The notes: generated from the sequence alone by a model not told the origin. Positions 22,071 through 36,532 are shown, numbered from the stretch's first letter. The stretch is DNA of 64,000 nt from Antedon mediterranea (GCF_964355755.1 NC_092676.1:7045888-7109887); one strand, 5' to 3'. A program made the numbers and translations.

Positions 22071-23439
22071 TTAAGAACCAATTACTTGTTCAGTCGCGTC
22101 CTATATTTACTAAGGCCCGCCTATATATTCTATCCGAAAACATCTTTATATTGTTGTTCAGACATACAGACCACAACATTTATTTTCTAGCACGTACGTG
22201 TCATTGGAATTGTCATCTCGATTTATAAATGCAGTAATACTATACGTGATGCTGCCCCGTTGGCGTTCCATACACTGAACCTCTCGACCCTGCGTGTACA
22301 ATCATTTAGCATATCTTTTGCCGGAAAATTAAACGGTGACTTATTAATGATTTATCGCCTTCAGGATAAACAATTGAAGACCCTCATAAGTAGATGATGA
22401 ACCGGTGACAGGTGCCAATCATAAATGAAGCCATTTATTGAAAGCCCTATTGTTTGCTTAGATATTAATGGATTTGATATATTGGGTTTTCAACTTTATG
22501 ACATTATTAAAAGCTGTAATGCGTAATTATTTTTACAAGTATGTTGTTTTTTAATGATATAGTTAATGCTATCCTGCTTTAAACAACTGTTTAGTTCTCA
22601 TACGTTTGGCTGAGAAGAATGGGAAAATGTAGGCCTACACATAAATGTTGAGTTGTTGACTAAAATGAAGTCGTTAAGTTGTGACGACGTAAAGACATGT
22701 ACCGTGCTACAGTATTTTAAACAATATGTGTTCACATGAGAATAAATAGTGTCTACCCTAGAATGTAATTAATGTTTGTGTTCAAATGAGAATATAGCAA
22801 TGTAATATAAGATTTTTCTGCTTTACTTTCTTTGCAATACGAATATGCTTGACAGTGATTTAAAATATCAATATTTGTTGCTTTAGGCCTATTCGCTTTA
22901 AACAGCTTTTGACCATAGGCCTATGTTATTATGAGTCATGGCTTGTGAATATTATTTCTGTTTTTAAGATTTTCGTAGGTATTTTGTAACAATAGTGTAC
23001 AGTGTAGGTCTACATAGCTGATCATCCTAGTAGGCCTCTGTTCTATACCGGTATTTTGATAAACATCTAATAAATATGATTTACTTATAAGCCAAGTTCG
23101 TCACACTTGGGCCTAAAGCGTTAAGATTTAATTTTATAGGCCCATAACGCTAGCTGTCTAGCTATCTGTGTCTGTGTATACTCGGAGACATCAACCACGA
23201 GTAAATTTACTATTGTAATTTACAACTACACTACACTTTAACGATTGTTATTATAGATCTCTTATGAGTACAGATAAGTGGCCATAAACGTACTGTCAAC
23301 ACACTCGCATATCATCCTTTTTGCGCGACTGACCAGTCGAAATGCCCGTTGCATACAAAAGAGAAATAACGTACACTGTTTTAAGCGGTAGGCGCAACGC
23401 AGTATTGACCATCGCGTCGTTTAGTAAAATTAACGTACT

Positions 23440-23750
23440 GCTTGGTTCCCACTCTAGGACGTAACGTAAGCGCAACGCAAGTAATTTAACCAATCAAAAG
23501 CGATGGATTATTCAAACTATTTCATTAGTCAACTCGCTTGCGTTGCGCTTACGTCGTTTTGTTGGGTCCTAGCGGGTCCTAGCGGGAACCATCTTTAAGC
23601 TTGGTTCCCAATAGGACGTAACGCAAGGACGTAAGCGCAAGCAAGTTTACCAATGACAAGCGGAAGTTTGAGTAATCCATTGCTTGTGATTGGTCAATTC
23701 ACTTACGTTGCGCTTACGTATTTTTGTTGCGTCATAGTGGTAACCAAGCA
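23440..23750. mobile_element. Two adjacent family B MITEs (23440-23594, 23598-23750)
   Basis: Both start GCTTGGTTCCCA; joined by a single TTA. Confidence 0.8.
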
Positions 23751-24386
23751 TTCTGTTGGCTTACGTCATTGCGTTGCGTCCAAAGTGAGAATACTATATC
23801 AAGCAACTTTTTGCGCAAAAAAAAACATGCATTATTTTTAGAGGCAAAACCTTCAATTCAGCTTCTGCATGATTTTTTTTAGGCAGACTTTGTCGTAGCA
23901 AACAATGACGTTATCGTTTAGCGCATACAGATTGCAAAGTATACCAAAAGTACGTCACGTCTTAAAATTTTACTGTGAATAACAATTTTATTATAGAAAT
24001 AGAATAATAATTATCAGCATATGGAAAATATATTACCACCATGTCATATTTCCTTATGGGTCACAACACTTTTATGTAGGGGTCATTAAACCATGTTTTT
24101 AAAATTATGTATCTCAGCATACATTGACCCTCGATAGGTAAACCAGTGCATGTAACCGATGTAAAGAAATCATGGTTCACTCTCATGTATCTGATTAATG
24201 TTATGTATAGTCTATAATCATGTATGAAACGATTTCTCATTCACGGCAACAATGACATACCAGCATCTTAGTACTTGTTAGCAATTATATTTGTGTCCTT
24301 CACAATCAACGATGAAAATTCTACCGCGGTTTATTTATTGGTGTTTATAAATTATTATCAGTTATAGTTTATTTTAATACTTTTAA

Positions 24387-24737
24387 AGATGTATTGTCCC
24401 CAAAAACATGAACAATGAAGAATAATTATATCAGATTTTGAATAGGTTATTTTGTAGTTTTAATAAAGTAAATCTCTTCCATAGGGAAAATATGTTTTCA
24501 CTTTAACAAATAACAAAATAAATGGTTAAATCCAACCAAAAACCCCGATTCAGTGGCTGACAGCCAATTTGATCATTTTTTTACTTTAAATTTAAATTAC
24601 AGTTTTTCTGGTAAATAAATGTTTTGCCCATCCAATTTGTGGTCAAAGTGGATAACTATTATGTGTCATTATAATGGCATACTTAATAAAAACAATAACA
24701 TTGTAATAATTATTTTTTTCAGTGAGGCAATACATCT
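24387..24737 (+). mobile_element. Family D (Kolobok-like) copy
   Basis: TTAA|AGATGTATTGTCCCC ... GGCAATACATCT|TTAT. Confidence 0.8.
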
Positions 24738-25697
24738 TTATATGATTTAGGCAAAGTGATGTTTCGGAGCTTAAGGAATTGTTTATAGCATTGAAGAATT
24801 AGCTTATTTATAGAAACACATCGACCATGGAAGTATATACACACCCTTCACTGTAAGCTAAAATAATGTGTGTATTACTTATAGGCCCTACCACGGTACA
24901 TGTTTTGTGCTTCTCTGGTTCTGTACAATTTAGTATACCTGAACATTATCTTAACCACACTTGTCGTAATGTATAAATGAAGATAATGATAAACGAAGAG
25001 GATCACAACTCATTGTTAATAAAAGCATGTCCTAATTCCTTGTTTTGTTTATTAATCCCCGTGGTGCAGATTTTCTATAGCGGCGCTGTTAACGTTAATA
25101 ACCTTTTTCATTTAAGTATAATAGGCCCATTTTCACACTTAAGAAGTTTAAGTTTTAAAATAATTGAAACTCATCAGGCTGTTTAGAAGTTCGTTCGAGG
25201 GACCGTGGAGGAATTAGGGTGACCATTTGTTGGCCCAAGGTGCTGTTATGTAACCTCTGACTGACCTCACTTATTGTCGTCTGCCAAATGAATCGGAAAA
25301 GGCAAAGAAAGAGCAAAATAAAGGGCCAAATAAAAGCTCTTTAGCAATCGATTTTTGGCAGTCAGTTGAACTGGTTATTATTCTAAAACATTTATAAATA
25401 CTTGGCTAATTACTCAAATAAAGGCGTGTAAATAGCGGAACAATGGATACTTTATCCCCCTTTATCCAACCTTACTAAGCACGATTGTAACAAATTCAAC
25501 GTCTAAGCCCTTCGATCCGAGTAATTGAAGTCCTGTTTTTAACTCCATGATGTAAAACACGTGATACAGAACCAAGCCCGAGCAATTTTGTAGGAAGGTT
25601 CCTCTTTTCCCAAACGGCACTTTTTTCTGTAAAAAGGGTAAGAATCGTCTGCTGGTCTCCATTTTTTTAATTCATTAAATTAAAATGAGGGCTCGTT

Positions 25698-25872
25698 TAT
25701 CTTTCGAACCCACCCTGACTACGGAGTTTAGGACAATATAAAACAATCATCGTGCAATTATAAAAAAAACTGGATCTTTCGAACCCACCCTGACAACGAG
25801 CTTGAGGACAATATAAAACAAATCGTGCAATATAGAAAATAACAGGTATCGAACGAGCTTAAAGACAATATC
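25698..25872. repeat. Local ~75-bp tandem repeat, about 2.3 copies
   Basis: ATCTTTCGAACCCACCCTGAC...GGACAATATAAAACAA..CGTGCAAT repeated. Confidence 0.75.
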
Positions 25873-27204
25873 GGAAACTCAAAAAATAATACGAATTTAC
25901 ACTTCATCTTTTCCGTAATTTGATCATGTTGGGTGTATCTTTTATTCATAAACACACATTTATGAGGAAAACAATACATTTCAACTAAACACGGCGTGAA
26001 GTACCGATCATAATATATAGGTCTCAATTTGATGATATCTCGACCATAATTACACAATAATTCGGATCTCGTGCAATATAACAATATGAATTTACATTTT
26101 CATTTTTGACATAACGTAATGACGTAATTTAATCATGGTATTGTATTATTTATAAACATGTAGTTATGATTGAATGTATGGAAAAACACTAGGCCTATAT
26201 TTCAGCACAGTACAGGCGTGGCAGATACTTATCCAGGTCTCGATCGTTGATACACATTACGTTGACAACAGAGTAAGGCAGTAATGTATTTACTTTGATG
26301 CATATCATATTCATAACAATACATTTTCGATCGATAAAAAAAACGAGTACAATATTAATTCATAGTCAAATTATATCATGTTAAGTAGGTCATGATATTA
26401 CGCGACAGGCGCACGATGAATCGGGAATTAAATTATGGAAAATGCAGTGATCCAAGACGGTTTAAATGTGCTATGGAATACACACAGGACAATCTTCTCG
26501 ATACTAATTATCTTAACGACTTTAACTAATTTAACAATTATCAATACAATACGTTTAATTATTTTTTACTTGTGAATTTATTTGTGGGGGACAAATCCCG
26601 GAAGACCATAGAACCATTTTGCGGCTTTTGTGAGAATAATCCCGGGCTGATTATGCATTATCCTATTGAGAATCATATTGATGAATATGTTGTGTTTATT
26701 ACCGTGATGATGTATGTATACAGTGTAGTTATTATAATGGCGCCGTTGTGTTCTACAGAAGCTGCTTTCATATCGTTTGATTGGTTATATTTGCATGCGC
26801 ATCCGTTATTGCTTGCAATATGTATTACAGGTCTTCATATCGAGTATATAGCGGATGAAATCATCCAATGTCGAATATAGATTACAACGAATATTTCCGT
26901 TATGATTTTAAGCCTGTTTTATTGCTCAATTTGGCTCCCGGGGTAAAAATGATTTAAACATTCAGTGCCTTGTTGAGAGACACTCCCATAACAATAATAC
27001 CACACATTAACATTAATGCGCACTGGTTGTCCGCTCTTTAAATGGTTGATGTAATTTGTTAAACGAATACATAAATAAATAATATTTAAATATTAGATTA
27101 TTTAATAGATATTATAAGAACATTTAGCATCCAGAAATGAAAAAAATGTCAGTAAAGTGGGAATCAAAAATTCTAATTTATAGGGTTGGACAAAAATGGT
27201 TATG

Positions 27205-27410
27205 TTCTTCCCCTCCTCCTCCACTTGCTCATCCTCTCGCTCCTTCTCCCTTCTCTTTCCCTAATCGTCCCGCTTCTGCCTCCTCTTCTTATCCGACCGC
27301 CTCCTCCTCCATTCTCTTTCCCTCATCGTCTTGCTCCTCCCGCTCCTGCCTCCTTTTCTCCTCAGCCGACCTTCTGCTTCTCATTCTTCTCCTCTTCCTT
27401 CTCCTCCTTA
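27205..27410. repeat. Pyrimidine-rich (CCT/CTT) low-complexity tract
   Basis: Strong C/T strand bias, degenerate trinucleotide period. Confidence 0.85.
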
Positions 27411-28436
27411 TCATTGGTGACTCTGAAGATACAAACTATGATGAAGATGTACGTACGTGTGTGTCAATTTCACTTCAAGCAATATTTAGCTATAGCCAAC
27501 ATGGTCACATATTACAGTGTAAAGGTCAAATTAATAACATTATCAACACTGACAATGCCCAGTTGAACTATTAAATATCTTTTAAAGGTAAATTTCATTA
27601 ATATCATTATGCTTTTGTGAAAATTGGATTTTCAGCATAATTATTTTGACTTTGTCAAAACACTTTCTTTATTAGATGAGTTCATTAAACCGATATGGTA
27701 ATGTTATTATAATACGTTCATTAATTTGTTAAACCATACTAGATACTTGATTACCTTGCTTGAAGGTTGATATACGTCTGTCAGTCTCAGAAAGACAACG
27801 TGGAAGATACATTTAATTGTAGGCCTAGAGAAATATAGGCCTACAATTAGTTAAGCCGTATAATTTGTATGAAAACAGTACCTTGAACCAATGGAAGGAT
27901 GTCACTTTGTATCAGTTTGATATTTCAGTTTAAAAAATAATAATTCTAGTTTGTACAGGGCTAGGCTAGGCGTAAATCATGGAAAAATTGCCCTTTATTA
28001 AAACAATCAAGAAGTCTGTTCAATATATTTTAAACATCAAACTTTATTCGAAAGAAAGAAACTGCATAAAAAAACAAAATGTTTATCTCTGCTGTAGAAC
28101 AACGTATCGTCAAACAAAATAAAGTAGTTTTGGCTCAAATTGACAAACCATCCGTAGAATTAACTGTCACATTATAGGTACCATACTTTCTCACTTTTTC
28201 ATAGAACTAGTGTGTTGAAATTAAAACATATTTTGTGTCACCTGATATTAATTGATTGATTGATTGATTGATACCTACCTTGAAACTATTGGCATGCAGG
28301 TACCTTCTGATAGTTTATAATTAGATAACAACGGTATAAATAGAAGGATTATTATTGGTTTTATGAAATGAGACTGAGACCTCGAAACACTTGTCAGCAC
28401 CAAGGAAAACATCATCTTTGGAGTATAGATAAGATT

Positions 28437-28659
28437 GAACGCCAAGGGTTTTTTTTTTAGGAAATCATACATTTCATACACGTTAATTAAGAGAATACTA
28501 CCCTAGTATGGAATTCCAATATATATGTAAACATTTTTCCAAGGAAAACGTCAAATTTGGAGCATATATAAGTATGGAACGCCAAGTTTTTTTTTAGAAA
28601 CTTGACATTTCATACACGTTAATTAAAGACATCCTACTGTCGTGTGGAATTCCAATATA
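28437..28659. repeat. Degenerate ~140-bp direct duplication
   Basis: GAACGCCAAG...CATTTCATACACGTTAATTAA...GGAATTCCAATATA occurs twice. Confidence 0.75.
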
Positions 28660-29460
28660 CATAATGTTTATCAATCAATCTTATTTGATAGCGTGTATTT
28701 GTTGTTTATGTCTATTCGTATAGATCATTAGTCTAGTTTATTCCAACCTAGCTATTTTAGTTTTTATTAATTACCGTACAGCTCGTTTACATTATGTCTT
28801 CATTTCAACCATAACATAATAACTATTATTTACGTCAATGCTCGTATGTAGGCTATATTGTGTATTTTGCCCTAAGAGACAGATATTTTCCCTCGTTTGT
28901 TTCATGGGGCGTCCCCTTATTGATTCTTCCCTCATGAAAAATGTTCTGTAATTTGCTCATATTATACGCCCAAAACAACCGTTTTTGGTCACTGTATTCG
29001 GGCTATGGACGTGATTGATAAAATGTATTTGTAACAGGTCTAGCTATTAGGCTATATATTTTAATGAATGGGGGTAATAATTGACTGGGTTGTTTGTGAG
29101 AGTTCATCATAGTTTTAGAATATATTTGAATAACGTAGGCCTACACTTGAACTTTGTTCTCGTTCGTGTCGTGCCGTTCCATCCATCAATCATATTACCA
29201 CATATTCACGAGTACGCTCCGTACACAATGTGGGATCTATTGCAAAGATGCGAAGAAGAGATAAAGTCAATCAAAAAACAATAAGCACTATTTAATATTC
29301 CAAATGCTTTCTATAACCTTTTTGACCGCTCGCAACACCTCGTTTGTTCAGTGACTACATAAATAAACACAATTATATTATATCAAATCAATTTGTAACT
29401 TGAGAGACTCTTTGTTAATCGATTTGAAAAAAATAAAATGGTTAAAAAAAAATAGGAGTT

Positions 29461-29750
29461 TAATAATACCACATTTATATAGCGTTCTTTTCATGAGTAA
29501 TCATGCTCAAAGGCGCTTCAAACACGTATGGAAACATTCCCATAATGCAGTTATTACCCCGGTCATTTTTTTGGATCAAACACGTACTGAAAAATACTCT
29601 AATAATGCAGCTAGCAATCAGCAAAAGTTGTGTTTTGATCTAACCGGGTACCCATTTATACACCTGGGTGGAGAGAGGCAAACGTAAGTAAAGTGCCTTG
29701 CCTAAGGATACAAGCAATGCTGCGAGAGATTCGAACCACAGATTAAACCA
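29461..29750 (-). mobile_element. tRNA-derived SINE (5' head eroded)
   Basis: Minus strand: B box GGTTCGAATC (29728-29737), CORE-like CCTTAGGCAAGGCACTTTAC and CTCTCCACCCAGGTGTATAAATGGGTACC, LINE-like tail CGCTATATAAAT...TATTATTA. Confidence 0.75.
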
Positions 29751-31595
29751 TTTTACAATACAAAAAGTTAGGCCTATAATAATTCCATTCAATGTTCCCC
29801 TACATTAGGCGGGAAACAAAGTACTGTCTGGTGCCCCTTTTATTGCATAGGTGTGTAAACTCACCAAGGCTAGATGAGTTTTATTTGATTTTAAAAACGA
29901 AACCAATTGGACCAGGATAACCCGAAAAAGTTTTAAATATAAAATTTATTCAATGCAGCTTATTCTTAATTGGTGTATTTCATTATAACTTTATTTTGTT
30001 TTTAATTAATTTTGTACTACTTAGTTTTGTTTTTTGTTTGTTTTTTTGTATTGTATAATAATATAATAATGATGGAGTAAGAGCAGTTTTCTGTTTGGGC
30101 GCATGCCTATTACTTGCTCCTGGCAAGATGAAATGTAAAACGTACTTTTAAGAACTTTTGTCGAATAAATATTATAATTATTATTATCATTAGGCCTTAT
30201 ATGTATTTGTGAAAAGGGTATAAAGGCCATACAATTTTTCGCTGTTTGAAAATTAATATGGGACGTATAGGCATATGCCTTTGTTTTATGCAATAAAAAA
30301 TGTATGCCTAAAGGATGCGCTTCGTTCAATATTACTATCATATACAGTAACAGACACAGGTATTATCTTTTCTACTTTGTATCGAAAAAAAAAAAGTATG
30401 AATTTAAGAAAGAAAAAATCATTACTCCATCAAAGGAAGCCGTAATTCTCAATAACTATGCGTCTCAATTGAGATTCAAGAATTACTTACAAAATATTTC
30501 TATGAATAAATAAATTGCCTGCATTTATATTAAAATATGTTTTTTAATAGCATCGAATAATAATGGCCCGCACTGAGAGTTCCTTCGTATGTGAATATTA
30601 AAGTACGGTAAGCTCTGCTTGAAAAGAGAGAATACTGCAGACGATATAGGCCTATATTGTTGATACTCTCGTGAGCTGTAGGCCTAGGCCTACTTTCTAA
30701 GGTCTATCAATTTGCAGATGACATCAATGGATAGATGGCAGTGAAGAGAAACCGTCTGCCTGATGAAGGAAAGAATGAAACGATGTAAACATGTCATCCC
30801 ATGCAACGACTTAGCAGCCATTTTGAATTGTATTGCCATTTTAAATTTGGTGTCACGAGTGACTTTCTCATTTATATGCCGAGAATGACTTGCTAGTCTA
30901 AACACTTTGGAAAGGGACATTTAAGATCAATTTTCAGCCTTTTTGGATTTTGGCGCCATTTTTTATTTGAGACAAAAATGAGGGTGGACCACTGAAAAAA
31001 AAAACCAATCTTGACAGTGTTTCCCGGTTTACCGTATTTTGTGAAATCACCAATTAGGCATATTAATTATAACATATTCTCCACCCCACCCCTCGTCGTG
31101 TCCCGACTCATCTACACTTTAGGTTAAACTTAATACTATAGGTTGTATGCAAGGTATGTTGTGAATGAGTTTGTGAACGTATATTGATTTTAATGATTAT
31201 TATCATGACAAATTGGTGTATTACGTATTGATAATCAACCGAACGGTGTTAATCCAATTTCTAACAGCTATCAATCTATTAACTTTGTCGGTTTAAATTT
31301 TATTTGACTTGTTTGTAATTGAAATATACACCTTTTCAAGGCCTCGATGAACTAAAGCACTATGTGCTTCGTACAATATCGGCATATATCATTCGTAATG
31401 TATAAATGTTATAAAATCTCGTTCGATTTCAATTTGATTCGGATGATTAAATAATTTTACCTATTAGTTTAATTATTGCAAATGCGACCCTAGACGGTTT
31501 ACGTAACACGTCATCGAGGATACTCATAAATGTTTTCCTAGTGTGCAAAATACGTTATGCTTATTTACTGTAGCAAAACCCCTACCTCTGCACCT

Positions 31596-31873
31596 CATCG
31601 CCAACGTCGTCGTCATCATCATCGTCATCATCATCGTTATCATTATCATTATCATCATCGTCGTCGTCATTATCATCATCATTATTATCAGCATCATCGT
31701 TATCATCATTATCATCAGCATCATTATCATCATCGTCAATCATCGTTATCGTCATCACCTTCGTCATCATCATTATCCTCATCATCGTCGTCGTCGCGTC
31801 ATCCTTTTCATCATCGTCGTCGTCGTCGTCGTCGTCATCATCATCATCGTCATCGTCATCGCGTCGTCGTCAT
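31596..31873. repeat. Compound trinucleotide microsatellite (ATC/GTC/ATT)n
   Basis: About 280 bp of period-3 repeat. Confidence 0.95.
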
Positions 31874-32689
31874 CGGATTGAGCAAATCTAGATCAATTTC
31901 ATGGCTTTTTCTATCCAAGTTTGCCAACACGAGCATGTACAGTAGGTGGGAAACCAGTCGAATGCAACATGTTAGAGATTTATTTTATTTTTTATTTATA
32001 CAATACGTGCCTCTTTTATAAGTCGTTTTATAATTCTCTGCCTGAAAAAAAACATTATATATTAGTTTAGTTTTTGCAATACCATCTCAATGCAAATGTA
32101 ATAACTTTAGTATATGAATAGGATTATGAATGAAGACTATAGCGTTTGATAACTCACATTCGAGTCGGTTTGCATTCTCAGTGAAGATGAAATTACAAAT
32201 ACAATACATGTGATGTTATTTCATCAAATAACAGGGTAGTAACTCTATCAATAAACCCAACGAAATTAATGCCTTTAGTTGATTACATTGTTACCCGTAA
32301 TATCAACAACTGTGTCAAATTAATAGATGGAAAGAAAATACTGTACACTCCGGGTTCTTTCGACGAGGGCCTTGGTGGGTATATCTTAAACAAACACATT
32401 TAGGCCGAAAACAGAGGGTTTAAGTTTCAGTGCTCCTGTTCTCGACTACTGAACGGGCTGGAGTGCGTAAGGTTGAATGATTTTAATCTAATTTGCGGGA
32501 CTTTTCATCACAGTAATTTGTTAAATTTTGAGGTCTAATGATCAATACTAATGAATGTAATTATATTCGAGGTATTTGTTTATTGCGAGCGTATTGAATC
32601 TCACGGTGGTTAAGTGAAAATAGGCACACCTGATTATCCTATGATCTGAAGACAGGTTGAATTGCACACAAGAATGTACCTGCACATTG

Positions 32690-32868
32690 AGCTCTGTTCA
32701 CACTATCATACTATTTTGACAACAAAAGTGTGCCCAAATATGGTAGTGATATTCCCAAATATGGTACTGATATGCCCAAATATGGTAGTGATATAACGTC
32801 ATCATGTCCATATATGGGCATATCACTTTTTTTTTTGTAACATAAAGTTTGATAGTGAAGACAGAGCT
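32690..32868 (-). mobile_element. Family A MITE with ~3 copies of the 21-bp unit
   Basis: AGCTCTGTTCACACTATCA ... TGATAGTGAAGACAGAGCT; CCAAATATGG occurs three times. Confidence 0.85.
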
Positions 32869-32886
32869 TTATTATACAGCACATTA

Positions 32887-33046
32887 AGGTTGGTTCCCAC
32901 CTAGGACGCAACGCAATGACGTAAATGCAACGCAAACAAGTTGACCAATGACGAGCGACAGTTCAAATATCCATCGTTTGCGATTGGTCAAATTACTTGC
33001 GTTGCGCTTACGCCATTGCGTTGTATCCTGTAGTGAGAACTAAGCT
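32887..33046. mobile_element. Family B MITE (older copy)
   Basis: AGGTTGGTTCCCACCTAG ... TAGTGAGAACTAAGCT. Confidence 0.75.
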
Positions 33047-33182
33047 TGTGGAGTAATAAACTGTAACTCCACGATTTGACCAATGACCTATGACCTCCCC
33101 GACCCTCAGCTCTCACACCTTTTAAAGAATGTTACGAGATGTTGGTGGAAGTTTCATTTTTCTGCTTCATTGCAATTACTTA

Positions 33183-33361
33183 AGCGTGGTTCCCACTAGC
33201 GACGCAACGCAAGGACGTAACGCAACGCAAGTGAATTGACCAATCACAAGCGATGGCTTATTCGCTTGTGATTGCTAACTGTCTATAACTTCGCTTGTCA
33301 TTGGTTAAAACGCTTGCGTTGCGTTTACGTCCTTGTGTTACGTTCTAGTGGGAACCAAGCT
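33183..33361 (-). mobile_element. Family B MITE, 179 bp, young
   Basis: TTA on both flanks; inverted near-identical copy of 5822-6000. Confidence 0.9.
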
Positions 33362-34704
33362 TTACTCTTGTATACCATTTTCAAAAATACATAACAAATT
33401 ATAATAACATTGCGGAGTCTCAGTTTTCTAACACACAAAACACTTTCCCTGTAAAAAAGTATACCCACATTTTTACACAACAATTTCCTCAAACCATTCA
33501 TAGGCTAAACATTCTAGTTTACCCTGAGGAATTTTAGATAGAATTGAAGCGTTGACTGTAGTTCCTCGTGCGTAGCCTAGGCCTTTCATTACTTTATAAA
33601 AGAACCCCAAAAATACGATAACCTGGGGAGTTCAACAAATAATTGTCTTCATTGTGTTTTTCCATGACCTGTGTGTGCTAACTTGTCATTTTATTTTGGT
33701 TACGTAAATATAAAAGAAGACAAATTGTTAAAGGTGAACGAACCCCGAGTTTGGCGTTCCATACCGTATTGTAGACTCGACAATGGTTAACCGTACTTTT
33801 GTGGCTCTACTATGTATTTATAATTCAAAAATAGTCAGCATTTTACCACAGAAAGTCAAATATTAACCACCGTAAATCAGAACAGACATACAGGAATTCA
33901 TGGGGCGCCGTTATTTATTAAATAATATATGCTACAATTACATTATATCTATACACAAAATTATGTCCAAACATAATCAATCAAGAGAACATGAAAAGTA
34001 TTTTGACACGTGACGTGAAAAGACGCTGCTGTATAGAATATCAATAGTGCACATTTTTTTTTTTGAAGATATGATTGATTTAGGCCTATATCTGCCTATA
34101 GCAAAAATGTAAATTTACTAGACTGGTATTTATTACACATAGACTTGTATTTCAATTACTTGCGATAGTCAGTTAGGTTGTACCTAAAGACAGTGTGGAC
34201 TGCTGTATATGATAATAATTGGGGATTTATCTTTGCATTATAAAGGTTAAAATGTTACGAATTTTTGTACTAGTTTTATACACTCATAGAACCGTCTCTT
34301 TTGTAATATGCATTGTACACCTTGATTTACAAGGTAATAACGCTCAGAACGAAATTACACCCGACGGAATTGGTTTTTCTTTTTTTTTACATTAAGTTCT
34401 AGTTTACCGACGATTTAACATTTATCTGTGTCATTTCATTACGCATTACCAATCTTCAAAGCCCTGTTACTGTAATTGCTCTCGTAGAATTGTCGTCGGT
34501 TCACGTAGATTGAATATAAATTAAAGCAACGTTAATACGACCTGAAATCGAGAAAGATCTAAACTGGCTTTGCAATCTGTTTATTCCAATTTACATATCA
34601 AGTAACCATCTCAGATAAACCTCATTCGCAATATTCAGTTCTTCGTTTTAAAGCTGCGTTCGCACATAATATAAAATCATTCGTATAGGAAACACATATG
34701 TATG

Positions 34705-34990
34705 TCTGGTTCCCACTAGCGCAACACAAGGACGTAACGCAACGTATAGCTCTGTCCACACTACCAAACTAGTTGGACAAAAAAGTAGGTATGTACCCAA
34801 ATATAGTAATGTATACATACAAAATATAATAATATACTTAATTATGGTAGTGATATGACATCATCATTTCCATATATGGGCACATCACATTTTTTTTGGT
34901 GTCAAATAAAGTTTGATAGTGGGGACAGAGATTAAGCGATGGATTTTCGAAATTTCGCTTGTGATTGGTCAATTCGCTTGCATTGCGTCC
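34705..34990. mobile_element. Nested MITEs: family A (34748-34932, minus) inside family B
   Basis: B left arm TGGTTCCCACTAGCGCAAC stops at ~34746, a complete A follows, and B resumes with AAGCGATGG...TCGCTTGTGATTGGTCAATTC. Confidence 0.75.
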
Positions 34991-36532
34991 TTTTGAGTCT
35001 CTAATACAAATAACATTTACGTACAAAAGGTGCACTTGTATTGTCAGCACTTCAACACACGCGCACCAAACTGTCATGTGGTTGTTCAGTAGAGAAATGG
35101 ATTTATTTAAAATTACGTCTGATGGATATATGTTTTCTTCTATTTTACATAATAGGCCTACTGTATCATTCAGTTTAGTTTGATGGCTTACATTATTCAA
35201 TTCTACCCGCGTCATCATGTGTTTTCAGTTTTGACGAAATAAAGCCATGATATGGTATGTTTCACTGGCCATGCGTCCCTTTAAATTAATTACATTAGGT
35301 AAACGGCAGATTCAAATGCGTAAAGAAAACGATACTTTAGTAGATATGCTGGCTTCGGTGCCTCCGGTTCTATAGACATACTCATTATCATCGCCAAAGG
35401 AGAATGATACTTCAAATGAGGTGCTATACTGATCCATAGAATTAACTGACTTCTACGTACATCAAAAGCATCGTTACGGTACCAAAGAAACCTGGCCTAG
35501 ATGTACTTATAATAATATGTTTCTCATCGTGAGTAGGTCTCTCGTCGTTAGTTATAGCATACTTAGTCGATAACCGCATACTGTACGCGTATTGCTAGAC
35601 TGCGCTCGACACAAAAGCTTTTTACCTGTGAACAATCCGTACTTTTCGACGACAACCCTTTCTCCTCTGTCCTCCTCTTTGCGCCCACCGCCCCCATGAC
35701 GTAGGGGCATACCAGGGGTCCTACCGATCTTTCTTGCTGACTTTACGAGAAAGAGACATTCGTGATTCTTCTCTATTTAAGACGTACAATGAAGGTCAGT
35801 GTACTGTAGTTGTGACCATCTTTTATGAACGCTACAGTACGTGTATATCTGGTGTAAATACGCTCGCCACAATATTGTCAGTAACGACTTTAAAAAGGGA
35901 CAACATTGCCCATATGGGCACGTACAAATCATCATTTTTATGATTGGTAGTCTCGTCAACTTTTATTCGTGTCACTCCGTCGTCACGACGAAACATCATA
36001 ATACAGAATATTCAGATTAATGTGTGTGCGGCAACCATCAAAATACATTTACTTATTAAAAACACTCTTCAAAATGGTAATTTTATCGGCCTCCGATGAC
36101 TACAATATAGGTCACGGGACATTAGAGTTTCAATATTCGGTGCGCATTGGTGATTCAATATAATAAAAGCGTCATTTCGAAGAATAACGACATCAACATA
36201 GTAATAAAGAAATAAAGACCTTTGTTGTGTATCAGAGTTTTCATTTTATACGATGGTACGCACTGTAATAAATACAGACATACAGACCGGGAAACATAAA
36301 CGTTCACGAATATTTTTCTATATTATTGGAATTAATGTTCATTGCCTAATGTGTTTATATAAAGTATCTCTTCGGAGATCCCACCTCGTGAATAAAAATA
36401 CTAAAAGATGAGGGCGTATCAATTTGATCTCTGATGCGCGTGCGTACAACTGAGGACTAGTGCTGTTCCGCCGTACCACGCCTAGAATGTTAAAGAGTCG
36501 CTATCCAATCGAGTTTTAACAATACCATGAAA

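Noticed and set aside
27137-27574. Ser/Pro/Leu-rich ORFs
   Set aside because: Products of the CCT/CTT low-complexity tract.
31524-32021. Poly-His, poly-Ile, poly-Asp and poly-Met ORFs
   Set aside because: Frames of a trinucleotide microsatellite, without splice or domain support.
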